52,992 nt of DNA from a bacterium. GTDB taxonomy: Bacteria > JAMOTN01. Below, in pieces: positions 43,938 to 52,992 of this stretch; within the stretch, counting starts at the first letter, position 1; each line of letters begins with the position of its first letter. The notes under the pieces were generated by a model. That model had not been told where the DNA came from. It was given only the letters and a program-made list of their open reading frames with translations, and did no database searches. The stretch lies in assembly GCA_027062325.1 (NCBI GenBank), contig JAMOTN010000081.1:1-52992 (forward strand), in the 5' to 3' direction. A program made the translations under genes and the position numbers.

Positions 43938-46800
43938 AAAGTTGAAGGGGCAAACAATTGGGAAGGTTGCATGGCAAATTTTGCCGTTCTTTTCTTATCC
44001 TGAAATTTGCATTATAGTTCCAGAAAGTTTGTTTTGGAGAGTGTTCAATGCTGTTGGAGAAAGTGCTAAAGTGAGACTTGGAGAAAACGAACTTGATCTG
44101 ATTCTACTTCCCCCTTCTGATACTATTCCTGAAGAGGAATTGCTGCCCAGTCAAAGTTGGCAAGATATTGCGTCGAAAGTCTTAGAAAATCCAGTTATAG
44201 CTACGGTGTCTTCTCTTTTAAATTTTAAAGTTGGTCAGAGAAAGACTTTTAAAGTAGGAGATGAAATAGGAGTTCAGGATTTTGTAAAGTCTCTAGAAGA
44301 GCTTGGGTATGAGCCTGGATTTATTCCAAATGAAAAAACTTTTGTAGCTTCCGGTGCAAAGGTTGAATTTGGTGTTGGAGATGATGTGATTAGAGTCGCC
44401 TTTTTTGGTGATGAAATAGATGACATAGCTGTGTTTTCTGAGGGAGAGATAAAAGGTATCGATAAGATTGCTGTGTCGAGCACGGGTATAGACTTTGATT
44501 GGGGAAAGTGGAAAGCTGCCGAAAGTGTGTGGATGAAGAAAGACATGGTTGTGTTTGAGCCCCAGCAGGTTTCGAGGGATTTGATGAGAGCGAATGTGGC
44601 TTTTGGTAATGATGTGTTTTTGGAAAGTGTGGAAGAAAAGCTGTTGACCACGGATTCGAGAGTTTTGGATGCGGTGTTTTTTACCCAGGAGAGTGCAGAT
44701 TTGGACTTAGAGATAAAATTTGTGGATAAGGCATTTGATGAAGCTAAGTTAGATGAAATCAATCAAGTTGCCAGAGCCTCGTTTTCAGGAAGATGGATTG
44801 CTGGAGATAAGGTATTGGTAGAGCCTATAAAAGTCAGAAAAAAAGGTTTTTTAAAAGATGTGTTTGACTTGAAGCCGGGAGAACTAGTTGTCCACGAGGA
44901 TGTTGGAATAGGTGTATTCGAAAAGATAGAAAATGATGGGTTTAAAGATTATATAGTATTTAAATATAAAACGGGCCCCGGCCCGGATCAATGGGGACGC
45001 TTTTACCTTCCAATAGAGAGAACTACTAAGCTTCACAGATACAACGTGTTGGCAGATGAAGCACAAGTTGATTTTACGACTGTTAGAACGTGGAAAAAGA
45101 GGTTGAAACGTGTTAAAGAGGACATATTCAAATATGCAAAAAAATTAATAGATATGTATGCTAGGCGGCATGTTGCGAAAGGTGTAAGTTTTTCTGCCGC
45201 TGAACTTGAAGATGAGTTTGTTCGCGATTTTAAGTTTGTGGATACCCCAGATCAGAGTGCAGCCTGGGAGTTTATAAAAGATAAACTTGAAAATCCTGAG
45301 CCTGCAGAGATTTTGTTATGCGGTGAGGTAGGATTTGGTAAGACTGAGATAATAATGAGGGCAGCCTTCAAAGTGGTTTTGGCAGGTTATCAAGTTGCGG
45401 TCCTAGTTCCTACCCAAACCCTTGCCTGGCAGCACGAGAAAACTTTTAAAGAGAGAATGGAAAAGTGGGGAGTTATAGTTGAGAGGTTAACAGGGGGTGG
45501 AGCCAAGAAATTAAAGAGAGCGATAGAAGAAGGAAAGGTTGATGTGGTTATTGGTACAACTTCACTCCTTAATATTAAGTTTAAAAAGCTCGGACTTTGG
45601 ATAGTAGATGAGGAACATAAGTTTGGAGTTTTTCAAAAAGAAAAAATAAAAGAAAATTTTCCAAATGTGGATATAATTTATGTTTCAGCAACTCCTATTC
45701 CAAGAACTCTTCAAATGGCACTTTCGGGTATAAGAGACATTGTTCTATTAGAAAGCCCACCACCGGGTAGAAAGCCTGTTAGAACTTTTGTCATGAAGTA
45801 CTCCTGGCATCGTGTAATGGAAGCAGTGCGTGCAGAATTGAGGCGAGGCGGCAGAATATTTTGTGTTTTGCCCACTATAAAGGAAGCTAAATTTTACAAG
45901 CGCTTGTTTGAAAAAGAGCACTTGAGAGTGGCGATTGCTACAGGAGAGGATAAGAGGCGGACACAGGAGGCAATAGACAAACTGATAAAAGGGGAAATTG
46001 ATGTTTTAGTTGCAACCACTGTAATAGAAAGTGGAATGGACATTCCAGTTGTCAATACAATGATAGTGATAGGTGCAGAAAGGTTTGGTTTGGCTCAGCT
46101 TTATCAGTTGAGAGGTAGAGTTGGAAGGGCGGATGTTCAAGCCTATGCGTATTTCTTTTACAAGAGCTTAGTTGGTAAGGCTCAGGAAAGGTTGCTTGCT
46201 TTAAAAGAGTTAAAATTGGGACAGAATTTAGAGCTCGCTCTTAAAGATTTACGCATACGAGGAGCGGGAAATGTTTTGGGGAAAAAACAACATGGGCATA
46301 TAAGTGCTATAGGATTTTCACTCTATCAAAAGCTTTTGTCTGAGGCTATTGAGCGCTTGAAAGGGCAAGAGTGGAGTATTCCAGAGGTTGAGTTGCACAT
46401 GGCTATAGATACAGACTACTTTTCAAGTTTAGCTTTAAAGATGCACTATTTGAAGAAATTAAGTGATGTGAAAAGTATTGATGAATTAAGAGAAGTTGTT
46501 AATGAAATGATGATACTGGGTAAGCCCCGAGGGAGCGTTTTAAGGTTGATAATGCTTCATGCTTTAAAAGTTTTGATAGCGCGTTACGGAGTTGAATTAA
46601 TAAAAGGATTTGAAAATGGAGTTGAAGTATATCCAGCAAATGATACTAAGGTGGCAGATCTTATAACAACGGGTGAAATAAAGGGTTTATTCAGAGTGGA
46701 AAAAGATAAGGTATGGTTTAGTTGGGAGACTGTTGCACGTTATACATCTTCTTTATTGAAGACAATTTTGGATGAGGAGGTTATAATGAATCTCCTATGA
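43876..46800 (+). CDS. mfd: Transcription-repair coupling factor (compact form)
   Basis: RNAP-interaction domain LVVHEDVGIG, and motifs CGEVGFGKTE, DEEHKFG, SATPIPRTL, QLRGRVGR and DLRIRGAGNVLG. True start is probably 43906-43942. Confidence 0.92.
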   Translation: MITPNRMRTTMFTYFSHKAFKKLKGQTIGKVAWQILPFFSYPEICIIVPESLFWRVFNAVGESAKVRLGENELDLILLPPSDTIPEEELLPSQSWQDIASKVLENPVIATVSSLLNFKVGQRKTFKVGDEIGVQDFVKSLEELGYEPGFIPNEKTFVASGAKVEFGVGDDVIRVAFFGDEIDDIAVFSEGEIKGIDKIAVSSTGIDFDWGKWKAAESVWMKKDMVVFEPQQVSRDLMRANVAFGNDVFLESVEEKLLTTDSRVLDAVFFTQESADLDLEIKFVDKAFDEAKLDEINQVARASFSGRWIAGDKVLVEPIKVRKKGFLKDVFDLKPGELVVHEDVGIGVFEKIENDGFKDYIVFKYKTGPGPDQWGRFYLPIERTTKLHRYNVLADEAQVDFTTVRTWKKRLKRVKEDIFKYAKKLIDMYARRHVAKGVSFSAAELEDEFVRDFKFVDTPDQSAAWEFIKDKLENPEPAEILLCGEVGFGKTEIIMRAAFKVVLAGYQVAVLVPTQTLAWQHEKTFKERMEKWGVIVERLTGGGAKKLKRAIEEGKVDVVIGTTSLLNIKFKKLGLWIVDEEHKFGVFQKEKIKENFPNVDIIYVSATPIPRTLQMALSGIRDIVLLESPPPGRKPVRTFVMKYSWHRVMEAVRAELRRGGRIFCVLPTIKEAKFYKRLFEKEHLRVAIATGEDKRRTQEAIDKLIKGEIDVLVATTVIESGMDIPVVNTMIVIGAERFGLAQLYQLRGRVGRADVQAYAYFFYKSLVGKAQERLLALKELKLGQNLELALKDLRIRGAGNVLGKKQHGHISAIGFSLYQKLLSEAIERLKGQEWSIPEVELHMAIDTDYFSSLALKMHYLKKLSDVKSIDELREVVNEMMILGKPRGSVLRLIMLHALKVLIARYGVELIKGFENGVEVYPANDTKVADLITTGEIKGLFRVEKDKVWFSWETVARYTSSLLKTILDEEVIMNLL

Positions 46801-46844
46801 GATTTTGGAATTTTTAATTATGAATTTTGAAAGGGGGGGACTTT

Positions 46845-48002
46845 ATGAAGGCTATTGCAGCCAAACTTTTGTTTGATGGTGAAAGATTACATCGTGACAA
46901 GGTATTAGTATTTGAAGGTGAAAAAATTGTGGGAGTTGAGGATAGATTTGATGGTGATGTAGAGGAGGTAGCTGTAATAACTCCAGGTTTTATAGATGCA
47001 CATGCTCACTTTGGAATAGATGAGTCGGGAAAAGGAATAAAAGGAGATGATACCAATGAATGGTCTAAGGAGCAGACGGCTTCTTGTCGAGTTATAGATG
47101 GAATAAATCCGGATGAACAGGGATTAAAAGAGGCTTTGATATATGGCATACATGCTACTGCAGTTTTTCCTGGCAGTGCCAATTCGATAGGTGGCGTTGG
47201 TGGTATGTTTTTCACGGGGGGAGCGCGTGTAGTAGAGGATATGATAGTAAAGTTTCCAATGGGAGTGAAATTTGCATTTGGAGAGAATCCTAAGAGCACG
47301 GGACTTGAGACTAAGAGGACTCCTTTCACCCGTATGGGAGTTGCAGACATAATAAGGAGGAAGTTTGCAGAGTTGGAAAATTGGCTTACAGATGAGAAAA
47401 GAAAACGCGATCTTGATATGGAAGTTCTAAAAATGCTGAGGGAAAGAAGGGTAAAAGCGCGTATGCATGCTCACAGAGCAGATGATATAGCAACGGCTGT
47501 TAGGTTGGCGTATGAGTGTGGCTTTGATTTAGTAATAGAGCACGGTGTTGAGTCTTGGAAAATAGCAGATTTTCTTGCAGAAAGTGGAGTTCCTGTTGTA
47601 TTTGGTCCGTACAGCAGTAGAGTGAAGGTTGAACTTGAGGCTAAAAGACCTGATACCCCAGTGTTTTTGAAAAGAGCTGGAGTAAGATTTGCTCTGATGA
47701 GTGATTATCCGGTAGAGCCTGCTGATGGACTACTCATAATCATGGATGTGGTTGAAAGGGAAGGTTTGGGACGTTGGGATGTGGTGAAAGCTGTAACAAG
47801 TGATGCAGCATGGATATGTGATGTTGCCGATCAGCTTGGAAGGTTAGACAAAGGATACTGGGCTTGCTTTAACGTATTTGAGAAGGAGGACTTCAGTTTT
47901 ATAAAAGGACCTAGTCGTATTTTCTTCAAAGGGAAGGAAATAGATATTACTAAAGCCAAAAGTTACATTTGGGATCGCCCATTTTCAGTAGCAGAATTGT
48001 AG
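46845..48002 (+). CDS. Amidohydrolase-superfamily metalloenzyme
   Basis: Motifs TPGFIDAHAH, PGSANSIGG, KFAFGENPK, HAHRADDI, EHG and SDYPV. Confidence 0.9.
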   Translation: MKAIAAKLLFDGERLHRDKVLVFEGEKIVGVEDRFDGDVEEVAVITPGFIDAHAHFGIDESGKGIKGDDTNEWSKEQTASCRVIDGINPDEQGLKEALIYGIHATAVFPGSANSIGGVGGMFFTGGARVVEDMIVKFPMGVKFAFGENPKSTGLETKRTPFTRMGVADIIRRKFAELENWLTDEKRKRDLDMEVLKMLRERRVKARMHAHRADDIATAVRLAYECGFDLVIEHGVESWKIADFLAESGVPVVFGPYSSRVKVELEAKRPDTPVFLKRAGVRFALMSDYPVEPADGLLIIMDVVEREGLGRWDVVKAVTSDAAWICDVADQLGRLDKGYWACFNVFEKEDFSFIKGPSRIFFKGKEIDITKAKSYIWDRPFSVAEL

Positions 48003-48039
48003 AAAAGATAAATTGTTGGGTGACAATGTTAGGAAAAAA

Positions 48040-48069
48040 TTGAATTGATTAGGCGGCACGAATTAAAAT
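48040..48069 (+). promoter_or_regulatory. Possible sigma-70 promoter of the 808-aa gene
   Basis: TTGAAT-N18-TAAAAT, with a second TATAAT at 48078. Confidence 0.4.
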
Positions 48070-48179
48070 GCAAATCTTATAATTAGAAGCGGAGGGGTAA
48101 AGTGCCTCTCCATGTCAATAATTAATATGGGAGGTGGTAATGTAAATGCCGGCTAATGGCAAGTGGGAGGTGATGAGGT

Positions 48180-50606
48180 ATGAAAAGAGTTAGACGTATA
48201 ATAAGTACGACTATTTTGGTGCTGTTTTTACTAAGTTTTGTTGTAGATTTGAACGTTTACGCGGTTGTAATAGATGATTTTGGCGCTCCTAAGACAGGGC
48301 AGTGGGTTACAAGTTCTGGTAAAGTTGTGGAGGGAGTTGGAAGGTTTGAAATTTGGAAAGATGGTCAGCTCAGATGGGTTGTGAGGTCGGATAGTGGTCG
48401 TATTTTAACATGGGGTAAAGCTTTTATTGAAAAGTGGGCTGATGGTAGATCAAGAGTAGTTGTCAGAGACTCTGCTGGGAGATTCAAAACGTGGAAGTTT
48501 TTGGATAACCTTGGATTGGGAAGCGGTGGCTCGACGACTTCATCAGCTTCGACTCAAGCACCAAGTGCAACTCATACTGGTGCTGCGTCCCAAGGAGAAA
48601 TAAGCGTATCAGGTCACAATAATGCTCCAATTGTTAATATTGAGCATGCAAATACGGTCAATGTATACGTTGGCTCAAATGGTGATGTTCAGGGAGTTCA
48701 GGTTATAGAAGCTCAACCGATGACTCCAACTCCTGATAATACTGTGCAAACTTCTGTAAATCCTCCGGCAGGAGCTGCAGATGTATCTCAGCCTGTTGCT
48801 TCTGATCAGACTCCGGCAATTCAAGCTGGAGAGAGCAGTACTGTTAGTGGAACTCAACCTCAGCCGGTTAATAATGCTCAGGCTGCTAATACTCAGGCTT
48901 CTCAGCAAGTGAGCGCTCCTTCACAGGATGTGGCAACTACTCAGCAATCTCAGCCAACTACGCAGTCTAGCCAGTCGGTAGACACTGCAGCTCCAGCAGC
49001 TCCAAGTGATCAGGCAGCTCAAACGACTCAACCGGCAACTCAGCCAGCTACGGGCAATGCTCAGGCATCATCTCCATCAACTCCGGCTACTGAAACGGCT
49101 CCCTCAACTGGTGTAGCTGGAGGTTCGTCAGCAGATTCTCAAGGGACTCAGATGGTTGAGTCATCTTCATCTTCTCCTGCCTCATCTAATGCTTCTTCAA
49201 GTTCAGCTGGGGAAGCAGCTGGGACTATTGCTAGTGGAACAGGTGCAGCAGGAAATGAGGTAGTAGGTACAGGATCAGATACAGCAGGAGCATCCGGAGA
49301 TAATGTTGATATTGAGGTGGATGATGGTGTTGATGTGTCTTCTCCGGTTGATGAAGTTGCAGATAGCAGCACAGATGTATCGACGGATAATGATGCAGCT
49401 GACAATATCTCTGATGAGGCTGAGGCAGTTTCTGATCAGAGTAATCAGACCGATCAAAATGCGGCTGGAGCAGATGAGGCTGTTGCAGCTGGAGATGAGG
49501 CATCTACTCCTGATGAGGGAATATCAGATGATGCTTCTTCGGTGAATGCAGATGATAATGCCCAAGCTTCAGCGGGAGCCGAAAGCGATACTGCTAACTC
49601 TTCCGAATCTCAAGAAAAGACACCTTATCAAAAGGGATACGAATGGGGTTACAAGGTGACAGATGCTGCAATAAAAGCAGGAACTCAGAGTTTAAAAACA
49701 AGCTTTTCTCCAAAGACAATGCTTCTTTCTGCTGGTGTAACAGTGGGAATTAGAGTTCTTAAGGGAGAGAGTCCAATAAAGGCTGTAAAGTATCTTGCAA
49801 CCGGAGAATACCTTGGAGGATATGTTGGTGGTGCGTTGGGAACTGCTACAGGGGCAGCTTTGGGAGCAGCTTTAACGGTTGGCGTTCCGGTAGTTGGTCC
49901 AATAGTTGGAGCGTTTATGCCTGCAATTGGTGGAGCAATAGGTTCTGCGTTTGGTTCTGGAATAGGAGATGCAATGCAACATGGTAGAAAGGTTAGTTTA
50001 AAACAGATATGGAATAACATGGATAAGACGATGTTGGTTGCGTCGGCTATAGGTTCTACGCTTGGAGGAATGGCTGGGTCTGTGCTTGGACCTGTTGGAA
50101 CTATTGTTGGAAGTATGGTCGGAAGCTGGGTTGCAGGAAAGGTTGTGGGACTTATAAGAGGAAAGAAGGCGCCTGTTACTGGTGCGTATCCTGTGTTGAT
50201 AAAAGGACAGAAGGGAATAGTTGTTGGCGTCAAATTTGAGGGAGATGCTTTTGCGGATCATCCGGCAACTTATGAGAGTGAGGTGGGACATGTTGACTAC
50301 ACGTTCGAGCCGGTTCATTATGGAACTACGAGCTCTGAGGTTGTTATAAAGGGGAATAGCATAAAAGAGTATGCTCAGGAAGGAAAAGTTATTAAGTTCA
50401 GTGTTGAGAGAGATTGTGCTAATATGGATGAGGTTAACGAGAAGTTTGTAGCAACTTACAAGTTGTACTTGAAGTACTTAAAAGAAGGGAAACTTGGGAC
50501 TCCGGAAGGGCGTCAGGTGTTGAGAGCTTTTAGACAGATGGAAGCCCTCTACAAATTCTGCACCAGGAATGTGTCGTTGAAAAAGGGTAAAGGAAAGGGT
50601 AAATAG
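48180..50606 (+). CDS. Secreted protein with Trp/Arg tandem-repeat head, long low-complexity linker and glycine-zipper region
   Basis: GGAGGTG SD and a signal peptide ending VYA. S/T/A/Q/P-rich then D/E-rich linker, followed by many GxxxG motifs. Confidence 0.8.
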   Translation: MKRVRRIISTTILVLFLLSFVVDLNVYAVVIDDFGAPKTGQWVTSSGKVVEGVGRFEIWKDGQLRWVVRSDSGRILTWGKAFIEKWADGRSRVVVRDSAGRFKTWKFLDNLGLGSGGSTTSSASTQAPSATHTGAASQGEISVSGHNNAPIVNIEHANTVNVYVGSNGDVQGVQVIEAQPMTPTPDNTVQTSVNPPAGAADVSQPVASDQTPAIQAGESSTVSGTQPQPVNNAQAANTQASQQVSAPSQDVATTQQSQPTTQSSQSVDTAAPAAPSDQAAQTTQPATQPATGNAQASSPSTPATETAPSTGVAGGSSADSQGTQMVESSSSSPASSNASSSSAGEAAGTIASGTGAAGNEVVGTGSDTAGASGDNVDIEVDDGVDVSSPVDEVADSSTDVSTDNDAADNISDEAEAVSDQSNQTDQNAAGADEAVAAGDEASTPDEGISDDASSVNADDNAQASAGAESDTANSSESQEKTPYQKGYEWGYKVTDAAIKAGTQSLKTSFSPKTMLLSAGVTVGIRVLKGESPIKAVKYLATGEYLGGYVGGALGTATGAALGAALTVGVPVVGPIVGAFMPAIGGAIGSAFGSGIGDAMQHGRKVSLKQIWNNMDKTMLVASAIGSTLGGMAGSVLGPVGTIVGSMVGSWVAGKVVGLIRGKKAPVTGAYPVLIKGQKGIVVGVKFEGDAFADHPATYESEVGHVDYTFEPVHYGTTSSEVVIKGNSIKEYAQEGKVIKFSVERDCANMDEVNEKFVATYKLYLKYLKEGKLGTPEGRQVLRAFRQMEALYKFCTRNVSLKKGKGKGK

Positions 50607-50645
50607 CTAAAGTATAGCGTGAACCATAGAGCTTAGTGCTTAAGT

Positions 50646-50677
50646 AGGGGTGGCTGATTGTCAGCTGCCCCTTTTTT
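50646..50677 (+). terminator. Rho-independent terminator
   Basis: AGGGGTGGCTGA-TTG-TCAGCTGCCCCT followed by a T run. Confidence 0.85.
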
Positions 50678-50764
50678 ATTTTTAAAGTAATTTATCTCAA
50701 GGGAATTTCATCTTTTAGTTTATAATTTTAAAAAAATGGAGTGCTTGGCTTTTGATAGTGGGGG

Positions 50765-51892
50765 GTGGAAGTTGTGCAGTTGAGTTGGAGTTTTGTATAT
50801 CCGGGGCGGTATCTATTTGGAGAAAACTGTATTAGTGATGTGAAGTTTGGTAGTATTGGAAATAGGGCTTTGTTAGTGTTTGGGCGATCAAGTGCTAAGA
50901 AAAACGGAAGTTATGAAGATTTAATTGCAAAGTTGACAAATGACAATGTGGAGTGGATAGAATATTGGGGAGTTGAAGAGGATCCAAGTTGGAGTACAGT
51001 GGAAAGTATTGCAGCTAAGATTAGGGAATTTGGTGCGGAATTTGTGGTAGCAGTAGGTGGTGGTAGTCCAATTGATGCGGCTAAAGCGGCTTGTGTTGTT
51101 GCAAAGACGGGAGCGAGTTGGGATGAATTGTTTTCAAATCCTAAACTTGAAGCACTTCCATTGGTGGCTATTTCAACTACTTCGGGAACAGGATCGGAAG
51201 TTACACCTTTTTCGGTTATTAAGAAAGATGATGGTTTAAAAGAGGGGTTTTTCAATGTAAATATATATCCTAAAGTTGCTGTTGTTGACTATCGCTATAC
51301 TCTAACTTGTCCAAAATCGGTGACTATTACAACGGCTCTGGATGCTTTCATGCATTGTTTTGAAGGTTACTGCAGTTTGAGAACTAATGAGATGGCGCGA
51401 ATGATGGCATTGCATGGAATGAAGTTGATAATAGAGAATCTTGATAATGTATTGGAAAATCCTGTTTATGAAGAAGGAAGAAGGAAGCTTGCGTTTGCGG
51501 CAAGTTTAGGAGGATTTGTTATATCTATGACAGGAACTCTTTTTTCACATGCAGCGAGTTATCCCTTGACTGTGTATTATGGAATAAGGCATGGAGAGGC
51601 AGTTGCTTTGGTGGCTTCTAAAATGATAGTTTACATGGAAGAGTGGATACTTAGGATGTTAGAAAAAGAGTTGGGAATAGAGAATTTTTCAAAGTGGTTT
51701 GTCAATTGGTTGGAGGAGCTGGGGGTATTTGATCATTTGAAGGATTATTCAAAGAGTACAGAAGATGAGTATTTGGAATGGGCTGAGTGGTTGCTAAGTG
51801 GAACGAGAAAACGCTACTTCGATGTTACTCCAGCTAAAATAGGCAGAGAAGAAATATTGAAGATTTACGAAGAATTAAAAGTTGTGGAATAG
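50765..51892 (+). CDS. Iron-containing alcohol dehydrogenase
   Basis: Motifs GGGSPIDAAK and TTSGTGSEVT, with metal ligands in DAFMHCFEGY, SHA and RHG. Confidence 0.92.
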   Translation: MEVVQLSWSFVYPGRYLFGENCISDVKFGSIGNRALLVFGRSSAKKNGSYEDLIAKLTNDNVEWIEYWGVEEDPSWSTVESIAAKIREFGAEFVVAVGGGSPIDAAKAACVVAKTGASWDELFSNPKLEALPLVAISTTSGTGSEVTPFSVIKKDDGLKEGFFNVNIYPKVAVVDYRYTLTCPKSVTITTALDAFMHCFEGYCSLRTNEMARMMALHGMKLIIENLDNVLENPVYEEGRRKLAFAASLGGFVISMTGTLFSHAASYPLTVYYGIRHGEAVALVASKMIVYMEEWILRMLEKELGIENFSKWFVNWLEELGVFDHLKDYSKSTEDEYLEWAEWLLSGTRKRYFDVTPAKIGREEILKIYEELKVVE

Positions 51893-51921
51893 TAATTAAG
51901 CTTAAACAAGTAAAAAGATCT

Positions 51922-51954
51922 AAAAAAATAGGGGGCTGATTTTCAGCCCCCTTT
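51922..51954. terminator. Bidirectional terminator between convergent genes
   Basis: A run, then AGGGGGCTGA-TTT-TCAGCCCCCT, then TT. Confidence 0.85.
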
Positions 51955-51989
51955 CTAAATAAGTAATTACTTACTCTTATTTTTCATTC

Positions 51990-52442
51990 TTACTTGTTAA
52001 GTATATAACGAACAGTACCTTTTGCTTCTTTTACTTTGCGAAAGACTCTCTTATAATAATTAACCTTCTCAGAGTTATAGTTCTTTGCTTGAATAGTCCA
52101 AAACTTTACAGTTTGCAATATGTCGTCGAGTAAATTCTCAACTTCGAACACCAATGCCTTATTGCCTGAGTTTTTTCTCGCTATCTTCTCAAGTAACTCT
52201 ATAACCTTTTCGTTCCCGTTATCAATTGCTACGGCCACACGACTGCTAACTTCTCCGAAAACTTTGAAATAATTTGCTAAAAGCTTTGGATTGTTAATAG
52301 ATTCCTTTCTAAGTTTTGCCAACTGAATTAACTTAGACTTGAGCCAATTGAAAGGAATAAAGTTAGAGTTTGCAAACACTCCCAAACCTACTGTCAGTAT
52401 TAAAACTAAAACTACTTTTTTGAACAAGCCTAGATTCTTCAT
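51990..52442 (-). CDS. Exported basic alpha-helical hypothetical protein
   Basis: AGGAGG SD before ATG 52442 and a signal peptide ending VFA. Confidence 0.7.
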   Translation of the reverse strand: MKNLGLFKKVVLVLILTVGLGVFANSNFIPFNWLKSKLIQLAKLRKESINNPKLLANYFKVFGEVSSRVAVAIDNGNEKVIELLEKIARKNSGNKALVFEVENLLDDILQTVKFWTIQAKNYNSEKVNYYKRVFRKVKEAKGTVRYILNK

Positions 52443-52590
52443 CTTGACCACCTCCTGATCTCCTTACTCTCCATTTTGGTCCTTCATTCTATAATGCAAC
52501 TATAAGAAATTATTGTCAAGTGGTGGACACTTGCCATAAAAGAAGCTAGTAAAATTACAATTACAAAATGAATAATCGGCTGCCTAAGGG

Positions 52591-52992
52591 TTATTTTTCG
52601 TTATCTTCTAATTTAACCTTTAGAGAGTTTCTGAACCATACATCGTTTTGAGTAAAAGGAATTTCAATACCAGCTTCCTTAAGTGCAAACCATCCCTTTA
52701 TATAGATGGAAGATCTTATCACATTTATACGGTACCATTGACTTATATTTACCCAAAACACTCCCATAAATACGAGGGAACTAGAATCCATATTATAAAA
52801 CCACACTTCTGGTTGAGGACGTTGAAGTATTGCGGGGTGGTTACGAAGAACGTTTAATATTACCTCTCTCACCTTTTCTATATCTGAAGAGTATGCTACA
52901 TAAAATGGGACCCTGACTCTTACATAAGGATTTGAGAGGGAATAATTTATTATTTTTCCTGAGATAAATTCTGAGTTTGGGATTGCTATTTC
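52591..52992 (-). CDS. MscS-family mechanosensitive channel, C-terminal part
   Basis: Frame is open to the window edge. Motifs IPNSEFISGKIINYS, VAYSSDIEKV, PQPEV, MDSSSL and GIEIPF. Confidence 0.9.
   Translation of the reverse strand, partial: EIAIPNSEFISGKIINYSLSNPYVRVRVPFYVAYSSDIEKVREVILNVLRNHPAILQRPQPEVWFYNMDSSSLVFMGVFWVNISQWYRINVIRSSIYIKGWFALKEAGIEIPFTQNDVWFRNSLKVKLEDNEK

Noticed and set aside
48054-48071. Possible sigma-54 promoter CGGCACG...TGC
   Set aside because: GG-to-GC spacing is 13 nt rather than the required 10.
48500-49620. Repetitive-looking DNA as a tandem repeat or CRISPR array
   Set aside because: It is low-complexity protein coding with varied codons and no fixed repeat-spacer period.
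36836-52580. Other GCCGAT hexamers (36836+, 41387+, 52573-) as sigma-28 promoters
   Set aside because: None has TAAA at the correct spacing.
257-52857. Numerous 60-180 aa ORFs antisense to or nested within long genes (e.g. 29763-30290, 44274-44762, 49685-50233)
   Set aside because: They are shadow frames of well-supported genes, with no recognisable motifs.
1-52992. Prophage, IS element, integron or alternative genetic code
   Set aside because: I saw no integrase, transposase or phage genes. Conserved genes translate full length with the standard bacterial code.

Overview
This is a gene-dense, AT-rich bacterial chromosome segment with most genes on the + strand. The organism appears to be a flagellated diderm: it has flgG with a sigma-28-type promoter and several proteins with outer-membrane beta-barrel character. 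Housekeeping genes include gatA (partial), DUF503-rbfA-nrnA, an inverted truB-ribF pair, dapB, infC-rpmI-rplT-maf, tRNA-Ile/tRNA-Ala, rpmE-yicC-ruvX, rlmD, mfd, an amidohydrolase, an Fe-ADH and a partial MscS. These are interleaved with many secreted or envelope proteins: a giant PilX-like pilin, a transglutaminase-like pair, HExxH metalloproteases, clostripain, a vWA-like/DUF4159/DUF4175 cluster and an 808-aa glycine-zipper protein. The best candidate for an undescribed system occurs twice: a secreted cargo ending in a T9SS-CTD/FlgD-Ig-like domain is followed directly by a PorV-like barrel. One case is a ~1460-aa four-lamin-tail protein + PorV-like barrel + HhH-barrel; the other is an M6 protease + degenerate barrel. 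Other notable items are a sensor-less sigma-54 activator, an rRNA-less Ile/Ala tRNA pair, a structured infC leader, a frameshifted comEA-like gene and an unlisted 55-aa membrane protein. I saw no CRISPR array, transposase, integrase or rRNA. All family assignments come from motif recognition by eye, not from database searches.
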